A stretch of 64,000 nucleotides of DNA from a phage. The notes under the pieces are model-generated. The model ran no database searches. It was given only the letters and a program-made list of their open reading frames with translations, and had not been told where the DNA came from. Location: sequence record PZ674595.1; one strand, written 5' to 3'. The translations under genes and the position numbers were made by a program. Below are positions 37,939-47,997 of the stretch, in pieces (the first letter of the stretch is position 1; each line of letters begins with the position of its first letter).

Positions 37939-39624
37939 ATGAATACAGCCCTTTCCATCATCGACGATGCCAACTCAAACACTGCTATCGACTATCGGCA
38001 GGAAATGAACGTCATCCACGAAATTGTGGCCGAGTGCGAGAAAGAGATCGCCTTCATGTATCAGGTACACGACTTCGTTTATGGCGACGAACGCCACAAC
38101 ATGATTAATCGCCTGCTGAGACTAAACCATCGACCAGATGAAGATCGCTCGCGTTTAAATCGAGGTTGGTTGGATAAAGTCGATCTGGAATGGGTGAAAC
38201 AGAATATTTGGGCCGAGTACTGGAGGAAGGTCACGGACATGACTAACGTTTTGCTGATCATGCCAGCTTCCCGTCGAGATGAGTGGCGCGAGCAGTTTAT
38301 AGAGGGCAAACAGGAAGTCATCAAAACTGACAGAACCGGCTACCAGATGAAGGTTAAAGAGTTCGTTGGTGTACCGGAGTTCAAAGCAGAAACGGTCATA
38401 CCCACGATGCTTAATTTGCTGAATGACAGGCACAAATATCTCTCTGAGCGCGTGTATGGCTTGTTTAAGGCGCTGAGTCCTGCGCACAAGACAAATAAGA
38501 CAAACGGTTTCAGCGAACGTCTGATAATCGCTGACTGCATTTCTGATTTCTGGCGGGACAGCGTTAGTGTGAACTATCGCAAAGAGGACTATATCGACGA
38601 TCTGCGTGTCTTGCTTCATTTCTTCGCGCACAAAGAATTTATTACCATCAACCGCACTGCTGAGGTGCTATCAGCTGCGTATCGGGCAAACGACTGCCAG
38701 ACCGGTGACTGGATGAATGTCGATGGAAATCTAATGCGCGTGAAGATGTTCAAGAACGGCAACGTTCACTTTGAAATACATCCTGACGTGGCCTGGAAGT
38801 TGAATGAGGTGCTGGCTTACAGTATGCCTGCTGCAATCCCCGCGCCATGTCGCACCGCGCCAAAAACACGGGCACCAAAGCAGTTCGGGTTAATCCAGAA
38901 GACGATCTCCGTGCCGGTTCGCACTGCGCTTCGTGACGGGCGATTAAGCAAAGACAAAGGCGTATGGTACTTCTCTGATTCAGCTCTCCAGAAGTCGCAG
39001 GTGGAAGAGCTTGAGCGCACACTGAGCTTCATTGGCGGCGTGCAGGAGAAAAAGCACTGGCAGTTCCCGTATGACATCGGCCATACGCTAAATACGATTG
39101 TGGCTACCGGTTTAATACCGGATACAAAATCACACCAGTTCTACCCTACCCCACGCTTGATTGCTGAGTACGTTGCCAGAGCCACTGAATTGAAGCCTGG
39201 TGAGAAGCTGTTGGAGCCTCAAGCCGGACGTGGGGATCTTCTGGCCTATATTAACGCCGATCTGGAAGATGTTACTTGCATAGAAATCGCACCTCTCTTC
39301 GCTGATATCCTGCGTGGAAAAGGGTATACGAACACGATTTGCTGCGACTTCATAAAGTGGTCTGAGGACAACGCAGGTTATCAGTTCGACAAAATCGTTA
39401 TGAACCCGCCGTACTCGCTTGGTCGTCATAGAGAACACACGCTTGCTGCGCTGGGGCATCTGAAAGTCGGCGGGCGTCTTGTAGCAGTATTGCCGGGCAC
39501 TGCGCCAATACTGGACTGGATGACGATGGATAATTACGTTTATGCCAGAGGGAAGTCGTTTACCAACGAGTTTGAAGACACAGGGATCACAGTCAGCGTA
39601 TACGTTTTCAAACGCGTTAAATGA
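37939..39624 (+). CDS. N6-adenine DNA methyltransferase with large N-terminal domain of unknown function
   Basis: C-terminal motifs FYPTP, LEPQAGRGDL (AdoMet binding) and VMNPPYS (catalytic); 561 aa. Confidence 0.7.
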   Translation: MNTALSIIDDANSNTAIDYRQEMNVIHEIVAECEKEIAFMYQVHDFVYGDERHNMINRLLRLNHRPDEDRSRLNRGWLDKVDLEWVKQNIWAEYWRKVTDMTNVLLIMPASRRDEWREQFIEGKQEVIKTDRTGYQMKVKEFVGVPEFKAETVIPTMLNLLNDRHKYLSERVYGLFKALSPAHKTNKTNGFSERLIIADCISDFWRDSVSVNYRKEDYIDDLRVLLHFFAHKEFITINRTAEVLSAAYRANDCQTGDWMNVDGNLMRVKMFKNGNVHFEIHPDVAWKLNEVLAYSMPAAIPAPCRTAPKTRAPKQFGLIQKTISVPVRTALRDGRLSKDKGVWYFSDSALQKSQVEELERTLSFIGGVQEKKHWQFPYDIGHTLNTIVATGLIPDTKSHQFYPTPRLIAEYVARATELKPGEKLLEPQAGRGDLLAYINADLEDVTCIEIAPLFADILRGKGYTNTICCDFIKWSEDNAGYQFDKIVMNPPYSLGRHREHTLAALGHLKVGGRLVAVLPGTAPILDWMTMDNYVYARGKSFTNEFEDTGITVSVYVFKRVK

Positions 39625-39684
39625 TAGGTAAATACTTACTTAATTTTTGTAAGAATGTAGTTACTAAACGATAAGAGAAAACAC

Positions 39685-40389
39685 ATGAACAACCTCCAGT
39701 TAGAGCATTTTAACGTCACAGGCCATTCTGATTTTCCTTTCAAGTTTACATTGAAAGGTTATGCAGAGGATGCGGTAGGCCAGATCATTATTGATAAAGG
39801 CATCGTTAAGTTTGAGGGGAATTTTGATGAATCCGCGAAAACATTCATAGACTTCGTTGCCAAACGTTGGAGCGAGCAATGGAAAGACCTGGAAAAGCGC
39901 GCTAGTGAGTTTGATCGGTTCATGGATGCAATGGATACAGCAAAAGAGGCTCTTGCTGCCGGTACTCCGTTAGATCTGGAGTCACTTTTCAACGGCGAAG
40001 TGGCCTCTGCGATGTTCGCCACCATGTTCGCGGGTGAGTTCGTCCGCAGCGGTGCCAAAAATTACCTTGAGCTGGATTACAACGTCCCGGAAATTGGCGA
40101 TTTCGTCGTTACCATCCAACGCAAAGAAGGTAAGACGCCAGGTGAACGCGTCGCAGAACTTGAGGCTGTTGTGGATCAGCGTAACGGAGAGTGTGACCGT
40201 TTGATCAACGAGCTTCATGCACTTCGAGAAGAAAGAATATGCGCGGGTAGCAATACACGTAATGCAGCGGATATCTACTTCCAGTTAGTTGAGGAATGCC
40301 AGATTCCACCAGGCGGCTCTCTTGTCGATTACGTCAGACATTTAATGACGGAAGTTAACTCCAGCCATAAAGATGGTGAGGTGCGCTGA
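39685..40389 (+). CDS. hypothetical protein
   Basis: 234-aa ORF; RBS AAGAGAAAACAC; preceded by palindrome 39624-39645. Confidence 0.4.
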   Translation: MNNLQLEHFNVTGHSDFPFKFTLKGYAEDAVGQIIIDKGIVKFEGNFDESAKTFIDFVAKRWSEQWKDLEKRASEFDRFMDAMDTAKEALAAGTPLDLESLFNGEVASAMFATMFAGEFVRSGAKNYLELDYNVPEIGDFVVTIQRKEGKTPGERVAELEAVVDQRNGECDRLINELHALREERICAGSNTRNAADIYFQLVEECQIPPGGSLVDYVRHLMTEVNSSHKDGEVR

Positions 40390-40769
40390 TGTTTGGCATT
40401 GATGCACAGCGTATAGCAGCTTTTGCAAAAAGCCCTCTTGATAATCCCTTGTCTCGTAGTGAGCAAATGGAGCTGGCAAGGCTTTTTCTTCACATTCAAA
40501 AACAGGCAGACGTTTTCAATAACATGCCTGATCAACCTATTCTGGATGGTCACATCCAGATGGTCATTAACAGTCATGAGAAAGGCTGGGCTGCAATCGT
40601 CCCCTGCACAATTACATACAAGTTGGCGAAAGAGGTTCAAGAGTTTCGAAAAGTCAGCGTCGAATCAGAGTCTACCAAAGCCGCAATAAACACTCTTATT
40701 CGCATGGGGTTCACATGGGACGGTGGAGCTTACTGGCAAGCACCTCAACCCATTTTATACGGCAATTAG
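40389..40769 (+). CDS. hypothetical protein
   Basis: 126-aa ORF overlapping upstream stop. Confidence 0.4.
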   Translation: MFGIDAQRIAAFAKSPLDNPLSRSEQMELARLFLHIQKQADVFNNMPDQPILDGHIQMVINSHEKGWAAIVPCTITYKLAKEVQEFRKVSVESESTKAAINTLIRMGFTWDGGAYWQAPQPILYGN

Positions 40770-40907
40770 GCGCTACAAATCCTTCTGCATGAATAAATAA
40801 AGGCCATAACTTATGGCCTTAAATAAATTGTTTTCTACCTTTTCTTATTTGTGAAAATAAACCAGCACTTGGTAGTGCTTATGTAACAGCAAAGAAGAGA
40901 AAAACAC

Positions 40908-41636
40908 ATGAGTAACAAAATCGAAAATCCCGTAGTTCTCATTCACAAGCGCGAGAACCACGACTCCTATGCGGTGGCGATCACCAATGGGAGTCACGAT
41001 TTTTACGATGGCCTGCTAATGGCCTCAGTGTCGCCTGATGAGGCAGACAACTCTTTTGCCGTCTTCGCTATGGTTGGTTACTACATGGCTGCTGAAATTG
41101 AGAAGTTGCGGGCGCAGAGAGACGCATTAGCGGCGGAGAATGCAGCCCTGAAAGAATCTGAGCGAGCATTCGATGCGATGTGTGCCGAGGAACACGGAGA
41201 TAAGAGTGATGACGGATATTTTAAGATAGGGCGTACTTTTGCAGATGAACATTATGAAAAATCACGCGTAACAGTAGTTGATGATAGTGATCCCGATGTG
41301 ATTGCACTGCTGGACGAACTGGATAAAAGACAGCAACACATCCGACGTCTTGAGCAGGAGAACGTAGAGATGGCCCTAACGCTTGAGAAACTGCGTGTTG
41401 AGCTGGAGACCGTTAAACAGCGGGAAAAGGATCTGTTTATGGAAAATGTTCGACTTAAGTCAGGTATAGCAGGTCTGATACACCTCGGTATTCGATATGC
41501 GAATGTCGAAGTCATGAAAATAGCTGGAGATGTCCAGCTTTCTACTCCCTGTACTGACAGCATCATAAACAGTATTGCATCAGGCGTTTTCACCAAAGAG
41601 GGTCAGCATTATGAGAACAGTAGAAGTTCGCGCTGA
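40908..41636 (+). CDS. hypothetical coiled-coil protein
   Basis: 242-aa ORF; RBS AGAGAAAAACAC. Confidence 0.4.
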   Translation: MSNKIENPVVLIHKRENHDSYAVAITNGSHDFYDGLLMASVSPDEADNSFAVFAMVGYYMAAEIEKLRAQRDALAAENAALKESERAFDAMCAEEHGDKSDDGYFKIGRTFADEHYEKSRVTVVDDSDPDVIALLDELDKRQQHIRRLEQENVEMALTLEKLRVELETVKQREKDLFMENVRLKSGIAGLIHLGIRYANVEVMKIAGDVQLSTPCTDSIINSIASGVFTKEGQHYENSRSSR

Positions 41637-41796
41637 AGATGTAACCCCAGGTGATGTGGTCATAACATCTAAAGGCAAACGATGTGCGGTTAAATCTTTC
41701 TGGATGGAAGGTGACAAAGTGACTCTGTTCGGTACGGATGGTTCCGAAACGGATTATGACTACGACGAATTGCTTGTTGTTGAGAGAGCTGCCTAA
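41611..41796 (+). CDS. small hypothetical protein
   Basis: ATG at 41611 (MRTVEV...), overlapping upstream gene end. Confidence 0.3.
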   Translation: MRTVEVRAEDVTPGDVVITSKGKRCAVKSFWMEGDKVTLFGTDGSETDYDYDELLVVERAA

Positions 41797-42554
41797 TGAC
41801 CACCTTAACCAAAGAACAGTTAATCTCCCATGAACGCGAAAGCGTTAGTTATCTGGAAGACTTGAAAGGACGTGTTAGTAAAGAAGGTGCGGACTGCAAA
41901 GTTGTTATTGAGATGGTTGCACGAGATCTAAAACTGGCACGAATTGCACTGGCCTCGCTTGAGGCAAAACCAATAGGTGCATTCCACATTGCAGAACAGC
42001 AAGTTGACGGCACAAGTGACTACCTCAAGGATGGAGAATGGCCTATTGATAATGGGACAATTGAAGTATACGCCGCCCCTCCAGTGCCAGTAGTACCGGA
42101 AGAAAAACCAATGCCTAACGCTCTAAGCATGCTTGAAAGAGAGATCACACAACTGATTGGTGATGCGCAGGAAGCCACTGTTACTGGCTATGAGTTAATC
42201 GCTGAAGCTTGGCGTTTGATGGATGGACAAGACCCTAAAACCAGCGATTGGCATAGCAAGGCTTCGAAGTATTTAAATTCCAATATTGTAGAAAAAGTTG
42301 ATGATGACCGTATTGAGGCTGTTAAGGCCGTTTTGCGTAGACTGGCTGGCAACCATCCGGATTTTCCGGATAGTTCCCAACAATCGCCCAAGAAAAGCGT
42401 AAAAACCACTCTGGAAAGAGGCTATCTTGAGGCCGCATTAAAGATTAAGCCGGGCCATACGCTAGGCGTCATTGATGCCATGTTGGTTCATGAAATGGCG
42501 AAGGCTTTATTGCCGCTGGTGGCTGATAAAATTCCGAATAAGGCCGATATCTGA
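41796..42554 (+). CDS. hypothetical protein
   Basis: 252-aa ORF overlapping upstream stop (TAATG). Confidence 0.4.
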   Translation: MTTLTKEQLISHERESVSYLEDLKGRVSKEGADCKVVIEMVARDLKLARIALASLEAKPIGAFHIAEQQVDGTSDYLKDGEWPIDNGTIEVYAAPPVPVVPEEKPMPNALSMLEREITQLIGDAQEATVTGYELIAEAWRLMDGQDPKTSDWHSKASKYLNSNIVEKVDDDRIEAVKAVLRRLAGNHPDFPDSSQQSPKKSVKTTLERGYLEAALKIKPGHTLGVIDAMLVHEMAKALLPLVADKIPNKADI

Positions 42555-42565
42555 TCACCATGCTA

Positions 42566-42596
42566 AAATCCCCTCAATTCACAGAGGGGATTTTTG
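42566..42596 (+). terminator. Rho-independent terminator
   Basis: AATCCCCTC-AATTCACA-GAGGGGATT followed by TTTTG. Confidence 0.7.
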
Positions 42597-42866
42597 TATA
42601 TGTTGCATAGAGTTTTATGGAAAAGCGTTATTGTCGGCGCGATACTGGCTATATCTGGGTGTGCAATGGTGCAATACAACGACGGTGAAAAGGTAAGCAT
42701 ACAGTCAGATGGTTGGTATGGTCTGGATAGCCTGCAAAAAACCGCAGATAAAGCCTGTCAGCAATATGGGAAGTCTAAAGCAGTATATCAGCATAGCGCG
42801 AACGCTAACCCTAATCTTGCGCCCGGTTCGGGTGTTCAGAATACCATCTGGAAATGTGAGCCTTAA
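42594..42866 (+). CDS. small lipoprotein
   Basis: Signal peptide with lipobox ISGC; start could be ATG 42594 or 42600. Confidence 0.45.
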   Translation: MYMLHRVLWKSVIVGAILAISGCAMVQYNDGEKVSIQSDGWYGLDSLQKTADKACQQYGKSKAVYQHSANANPNLAPGSGVQNTIWKCEP

Positions 42867-42868
42867 AT

Positions 42869-43120
42869 ATGAGCGACTGGAATATTGCAGCTAAAAGTCA
42901 GGAAGAACGGGATAAGGTTAACGTTGATCTGGCTGCCAGCGGTGTGGCGTACAAAGAGCGATTGAACATACCTGTCATAGCTGAACAGGTAGCCCGCGAG
43001 CAACCAGAGAACCTGCGCACCTATTTCATGGAACGGTTACGGCACTACCGGCAGTTAAGCCTCCAGTTGCCAAAAGGGAGCCATCCGGTGTATCAGAACG
43101 AGGATGCACCAAGAAAATAA
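42869..43120 (+). CDS. hot: DNA polymerase III theta-subunit homologue (HolE-like; P1 Hot-like)
   Basis: [43 protein letters not shown] closely parallels E. coli HolE as recalled. Confidence 0.75.
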   Translation: MSDWNIAAKSQEERDKVNVDLAASGVAYKERLNIPVIAEQVAREQPENLRTYFMERLRHYRQLSLQLPKGSHPVYQNEDAPRK

Positions 43121-43145
43121 CGGCAAGATGGGGAAGACATTAAAC

Positions 43146-43496
43146 ATGCTTAACTATCACGACAACACGCGTTCTATGCAGACAATCCGCACCAATACAG
43201 CGGTGGTCGATAGCTTTCCTGTACATACTCAAGGCCGTGAAGATACCGTGGAAGTGCGACGCATGTTGTGTCGCCGGTCACCAGGCCACCAGCACTTCAT
43301 CGTAACGTTTAAAAGCGATGTAGAGCGCGCCGAGAAAATCTCTAACTCCACATCTCTGGTTAGTCCGTTGGCGGAGGTTATTGTGCGCAACAATAAGGCG
43401 CGCTTTGTCCTTGAGGAGCATCATTCTGATTTTAATGAAAAAATTAAGTCAAGCATTTTGCAATATATGAATGGCAAGTTCACGCCACCAATGTGA
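43146..43496 (+). CDS. hypothetical protein between hot-like and humD-like (position of P1 lxr)
   Basis: Track ORF 43104-43496; internal ATG 43146 has the best RBS (GGGGAAG). Confidence 0.35.
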   Translation: MLNYHDNTRSMQTIRTNTAVVDSFPVHTQGREDTVEVRRMLCRRSPGHQHFIVTFKSDVERAEKISNSTSLVSPLAEVIVRNNKARFVLEEHHSDFNEKIKSSILQYMNGKFTPPM

Positions 43497-43557
43497 TTAG
43501 CCCCCAGCGTGGCGCGCCTGCAAACCCCGCTTTCACAAACTATGCCTTTTCAATGTA

Positions 43558-43577
43558 TACTGTATGAATAAACAGTA
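43558..43577 (+). promoter_or_regulatory. LexA (SOS) box upstream of umuD'-like gene
   Basis: TACTGTATGAATAAACAGTA fits CTGT-N8-ACAG consensus, 19 bp before the ATG. Confidence 0.8.
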
Positions 43578-43595
43578 TCATTGAGGTAAAACGCT

Positions 43596-43985
43596 ATGGG
43601 CTTCCCTTCTCCTGCGGCGGATTATGCAGAGAGCCGTATTTCTCTTGATCAGCAACTAATCAGACATCCTTCAGCGACCTACTTCATGCGGGCGGCAGAC
43701 AGCCATCACCGTGAGGGAATATTGCAAGGTGCTTTGCTGGTGGTTGATTCCTCACTTACCCCGGTTGATGGTTCTCTGCTTGTATGCGCTCTGGATGGGG
43801 AATATCGCGTAAAAAGATACCGGAAGTATCCACGTCAGCATCTGGAGGATTTAAGAACCGGTAAGAAGGAAGAATTGCCAAAGGATGACGATGGATGCAC
43901 GGGCAGCAATGCCGTGTTTGGTGTGATCACTCACATTATCAACGACGCAAGAAGTGGCGAGTTTGATGATTGTCCCGTGATGTAG
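43596..43985 (+). CDS. humD: UmuD'-like protein lacking the N-terminal cleavable tail (P1 HumD-like)
   Basis: MGFPSPAADYAESRISLDQQLIRHPSATYFMRA aligns with UmuD residues after the Cys-Gly cleavage site; S24 peptidase-like C-terminus; RBS GAGG. Confidence 0.8.
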   Translation: MGFPSPAADYAESRISLDQQLIRHPSATYFMRAADSHHREGILQGALLVVDSSLTPVDGSLLVCALDGEYRVKRYRKYPRQHLEDLRTGKKEELPKDDDGCTGSNAVFGVITHIINDARSGEFDDCPVM

Positions 43986-43995
43986 GAGAACTGAT

Positions 43996-44020
43996 TAGGC
44001 GGTGCAATGCACCGCCTTTT
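43996..44020. terminator. bidirectional terminator between humD-like (+) and mrp (-)
   Basis: AGGCGGTGC-AA-TGCACCGCCT followed by TTTTTAT; A/T-rich flank on the other side. Confidence 0.7.
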
Positions 44021-44022
44021 TA

Positions 44023-45123
44023 TCACACTGCGCGGAATGCGATTTCGCCAGGTATTACTTCACCTTGCCAATACATTTGGGCAGCAACGCGATCTGCGAG
44101 GTCACGATAAATAGCCGTAAATTCGCTATCTGGACGACTAATAACGGTTGGTGTTCCGTTATCCAGATCTTCACGAAGAGAGATATGAAGTGGCATTTGG
44201 CCTAACAACTGCGTGTTGTATTTCTCGGCCAGTTTCTGTGCGCCACCGGTGCCAAAAATTGGCTCGTGATGACCGCAGTTACTGCAAATATGCACACTCA
44301 TGTTTTCGACGATACCCAGTACCGGCACTTCGACTTTTTCGAACATCACAATGCCTTTCTTCGCATCGATCAGCGCGATGTCTTGCGGCGTAGTTACCAC
44401 AACCGCACCAGTTACAGGAATGTTCTGCGCCAGCGTCAACTGAATATCACCAGTGCCCGGCGGCATATCGAGAACGAGATAGTCCAGATCAGGCCATAGA
44501 GTTTCCTGCAACATCTGCATCAGCGCCTTGCTGGCCATCGGTCCACGCCACACCATTGCATTGTCGTCGGTGACCAGATAACCAATAGAGTTGGTTGCCA
44601 GGCCATGAGACATGATAGGTGCCATGTGAGTACCGTCAGGTGAGGTTGGACGTTGGTTTTCCGCGCCCAGCATGGTTGGAATTGATGGACCATAGATATC
44701 GGCATCCAAAATACCAACTTTCGCACCTTCAGCAGCCAACGCCAGTGCCAGGTTTACCGCCGTGGAGGATTTACCCACGCCGCCCTTGCCTGAGCTGACG
44801 GCGATAATGTTCTTAACGCCATTAATGCCTGGTTGGTTTTTGACGCGCTTAAGCGTGGCAATGTTGTACGACAGCTTCCAGTCAATAGCCTTTGCGCCAG
44901 TGATACGGAGCAGATCACCACTACATTGCTCTTTCAGGTCTTCAAAAGGCTTATTCCACACGAAAGGCATGATTAGTTCGACATGCAGTGTGTCATCCAT
45001 CAACGCAACATGGTGTAACGCTTTAAGCGTAGTCAGGTTGTGTTTCAGGGTTGGGTGCTGAAAATTAGCCAGCGTACCGGCTACCATTGCTCTCAGGGCA
45101 TCCGGCGATTTGGACTCGCTCAT
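44023..45123 (-). CDS. mrp: iron-sulfur cluster carrier ATPase Mrp/ApbC
   Basis: 366 aa; IIAVSSGKGGVGKSSTAVNLALALAAEGAKVGILDADIYGPSIP and C-terminal ICSNCGHHEPIFG...GEIAFRAV essentially as in E. coli Mrp as recalled. Confidence 0.95.
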   Translation of the reverse strand: MSESKSPDALRAMVAGTLANFQHPTLKHNLTTLKALHHVALMDDTLHVELIMPFVWNKPFEDLKEQCSGDLLRITGAKAIDWKLSYNIATLKRVKNQPGINGVKNIIAVSSGKGGVGKSSTAVNLALALAAEGAKVGILDADIYGPSIPTMLGAENQRPTSPDGTHMAPIMSHGLATNSIGYLVTDDNAMVWRGPMASKALMQMLQETLWPDLDYLVLDMPPGTGDIQLTLAQNIPVTGAVVVTTPQDIALIDAKKGIVMFEKVEVPVLGIVENMSVHICSNCGHHEPIFGTGGAQKLAEKYNTQLLGQMPLHISLREDLDNGTPTVISRPDSEFTAIYRDLADRVAAQMYWQGEVIPGEIAFRAV

Positions 45124-45280
45124 CCCGTCTCCTTTATTTTAATTTGCGCAATTGTCGCCTTGTAGTGTACTCCAGCTACGACATTTAATCATTTATGAGA
45201 AATGCTGTTATCACATGGCAGACATAAGGCCATTTTGTTACTATCAAGCCCCTTTTCACTACAAAGAAGTAATGCCTACT

Positions 45281-47314
45281 ATGACCCAAGTCGCGAAGAA
45301 AATTCTGGTGACGTGCGCGCTGCCGTACGCTAACGGCTCAATCCACCTCGGCCATATGCTGGAGCACATCCAGGCTGATGTCTGGGTTCGTTACCAGCGA
45401 ATGCGCGGCCACGAGGTTAATTTCATCTGTGCCGACGATGCCCACGGTACGCCGATCATGCTGAAAGCACAGCAGCTTGGTATCACACCGGAGCAGATGA
45501 TTGGCGAAATGAGTCAGGAACACCAGACTGATTTCGCAGGCTTTAACATCAGCTATGACAACTATCACTCGACGCACAGCGAAGAGAACCGTCAGTTGTC
45601 TGAGCTTATCTATACTCGCCTGAAAGAGAACGGTTTTATTAAAAACCGCACTATCTCTCAGTTGTACGACCCGGAAAAAGGCATGTTCCTGCCGGATCGT
45701 TTTGTAAAAGGCACCTGCCCGAAATGTAAAGCGCCAGATCAATACGGCGATAACTGTGAAGTCTGCGGCGCAACATATAGCCCGACTGAATTGATCGAGC
45801 CGAAATCGGTGGTTTCTGGCGCTACCCCGGTAATGCGTGATTCCGAACACTTCTTCTTTGATCTGCCTTCTTTCAGCGAAATGTTGCAGGCATGGACCCG
45901 CAGCGGCGCGTTGCAGGAGCAGGTGGCGAACAAAATGCAGGAATGGTTTGAATCCGGCCTGCAACAGTGGGATATCTCCCGAGATGCGCCTTACTTCGGT
46001 TTTGAAATTCCGAACGCGCCGGGCAAATATTTCTACGTCTGGCTGGACGCGCCGATTGGCTACATGGGTTCCTTCAAGAATCTGTGCGACAAGCGCGGCG
46101 ATACCACCAGCTTCGATGAATACTGGAAGAAAGACTCCACCGCCGAGCTGTACCACTTCATCGGTAAAGATATTGTTTACTTCCACAGCCTGTTCTGGCC
46201 TGCCATGCTGGAAGGCAGCAACTTCCGCAAGCCGACCAACCTGTTTGTTCACGGCTATGTGACGGTGAACGGCGCGAAGATGTCCAAGTCTCGCGGCACC
46301 TTTGTTAAAGCCAGCACCTGGCTGAATCATTTTGACGCCGACAGCCTGCGTTACTACTACACTGCGAAACTCTCTTCGCGCATTGATGATATCGATCTCA
46401 ACCTGGAGGATTTCGTTCAGCGCGTGAATGCCGATATCGTGAACAAAGTGGTTAACCTGGCCTCCCGTAATGCAGGCTTTATCAACAAGCGTTTTGACGG
46501 CGTGCTGGCAAGCGAACTGGCTGACCCGCAACTGTACAAAACCTTTACTGATGCCGCTGAAGTGATTGGCGAAGCATGGGAAAGCCGCGAATTTGGTAAA
46601 GCTATCCGTGAAATCATGGCATTGGCTGACCTGGCTAACCGCTATGTCGATGAACAGGCTCCGTGGGTGGTGGCGAAGCAGGAAGGACGCGATGCCGATC
46701 TGCAGGCGATTTGCTCTATGGGCATTAACCTGTTCCGCGTGCTGATGACGTACCTGAAGCCGGTACTGCCGAAACTGACTGAACGTGCAGAAGCATTCCT
46801 GAATACAGAACTGACCTGGGATGGTATCCAGCAACCGCTGCTGGGCCATAAAGTAAATCCGTTCAAGGCACTGTATAACCGCATCGATATGAAGCAGGTT
46901 GAAGCACTGGTGGAAGCATCCAAAGAAGAAGTGAAAGCCACAGCCGCACCGGTAACTGGCCCACTGGCTGACGACCCGATTCAGGAAACTATCACCTTTG
47001 ACGACTTCGCCAAAGTTGACCTGCGCGTGGCGCTGATTGAAAACGCAGAGTTTGTAGAAGGTTCTGACAAACTGCTTCACCTGACGCTGGATCTCGGTGG
47101 TGAAAAGCGTAATGTCTTCTCAGGCATCCGTTCCGCTTATCCAGATCCACAGGCACTGATTGGTCGTCACACCATTATGGTGGCTAACCTGGCACCACGT
47201 AAAATGCGCTTCGGTATCTCTGAAGGCATGGTGATGGCTGCTGGCCCCGGCGGGAAAGATATCTTCCTGTTAAGCCCGGATGCTGGTGCTAAACCTGGCC
47301 ACCAGGTTAAGTAA
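45281..47314 (+). CDS. metG: methionyl-tRNA synthetase
   Basis: 677-aa product from ATG 45281 ([29 protein letters not shown]...KMSKS...); near-identical to E. coli MetG as recalled; track ORF begins upstream at 45152. Confidence 0.97.
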   Translation: MTQVAKKILVTCALPYANGSIHLGHMLEHIQADVWVRYQRMRGHEVNFICADDAHGTPIMLKAQQLGITPEQMIGEMSQEHQTDFAGFNISYDNYHSTHSEENRQLSELIYTRLKENGFIKNRTISQLYDPEKGMFLPDRFVKGTCPKCKAPDQYGDNCEVCGATYSPTELIEPKSVVSGATPVMRDSEHFFFDLPSFSEMLQAWTRSGALQEQVANKMQEWFESGLQQWDISRDAPYFGFEIPNAPGKYFYVWLDAPIGYMGSFKNLCDKRGDTTSFDEYWKKDSTAELYHFIGKDIVYFHSLFWPAMLEGSNFRKPTNLFVHGYVTVNGAKMSKSRGTFVKASTWLNHFDADSLRYYYTAKLSSRIDDIDLNLEDFVQRVNADIVNKVVNLASRNAGFINKRFDGVLASELADPQLYKTFTDAAEVIGEAWESREFGKAIREIMALADLANRYVDEQAPWVVAKQEGRDADLQAICSMGINLFRVLMTYLKPVLPKLTERAEAFLNTELTWDGIQQPLLGHKVNPFKALYNRIDMKQVEALVEASKEEVKATAAPVTGPLADDPIQETITFDDFAKVDLRVALIENAEFVEGSDKLLHLTLDLGGEKRNVFSGIRSAYPDPQALIGRHTIMVANLAPRKMRFGISEGMVMAAGPGGKDIFLLSPDAGAKPGHQVK

Positions 47315-47335
47315 TTAAACAACCTCTCTTCGCAA

Positions 47336-47361
47336 TGCCCGGCAACACGCCGGGCATTTTC
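47336..47361 (+). terminator. Rho-independent terminator after metG
   Basis: GCCCGGC-AACAC-GCCGGGC followed by ATTTT. Confidence 0.75.
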
Positions 47362-47475
47362 ATATAGACACAATCCCTTCTGATTTACACAGTACCTAAA
47401 ACAATTTGTTTTCTGCCTTTTGTTGATGGAGATAATAAACCACATAAGAAAACAACTTGTTTTGGAGTGGTTGAA

Positions 47476-47775
47476 ATGTTGAACATTACCCAAGCCTACC
47501 AGGTGGCATTGATCAGCTCATCTCATACATCAGAGGAAGATGCTCGCCGATTCATGATCGCAAGCAATGAGCTGGATTGGGTTTCACAAATTGAGTACGG
47601 TTGCATTGTCCACGCAGGGTTACAGGACGATGACTGGAAAGATGAGTTGCGTCGATATGGTATATCCGAGGGCGCGATTGCGAACATTCAGAAAGTACTT
47701 GATGTAGGCTTTGACTCTGTACATTTTGATTGTGGTGCACCGGTCGTTGAAGGGCTAGAGTGCTGGCAATGGTAA
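47476..47775 (+). CDS. hypothetical protein
   Basis: ATG 47476 behind GGAG; two AAACAAnnTGTTT motifs upstream (47398-47411, 47448-47463). Confidence 0.4.
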   Translation: MLNITQAYQVALISSSHTSEEDARRFMIASNELDWVSQIEYGCIVHAGLQDDDWKDELRRYGISEGAIANIQKVLDVGFDSVHFDCGAPVVEGLECWQW

Positions 47776-47811
47776 TCCGGCAATCGCTTCATACTAGACA
47801 ACGGAGAATTT

Positions 47812-47997
47812 ATGCTTAAAGAAGACTCATATCTACTAAAGGCGCTTGAAATGCGTGGCGTTGAACCTACAGTGAAAAACGCTCACGATATCTACCTTCA
47901 GTTTTCACCGGAGCTGAAACGGTTCATAAATCAATACGGGGTTAATGACTCAAGTGTTAAAGCAATGATAGATGATGAATTAGACCATCTCATCTAA
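47812..47997 (+). CDS. small hypothetical protein
   Basis: 61-aa ORF; RBS AACGGAGAA. Confidence 0.3.
   Translation: MLKEDSYLLKALEMRGVEPTVKNAHDIYLQFSPELKRFINQYGVNDSSVKAMIDDELDHLI

Noticed and set aside
45338-47080. 580-aa ORF on the minus strand
   Set aside because: Lies entirely antisense to metG, whose identity is unambiguous; long antisense ORFs are a known artefact of codon bias in highly expressed genes; no RBS or homology
43986-47362. Interpretation of the window as chromosome with a prophage junction at mrp-metG
   Set aside because: The same element-specific motif families occur on both sides of mrp-metG and no integrase, att-like direct repeats or tRNA gene is visible at either boundary; host genes therefore appear embedded in the element (still flagged as a finding)
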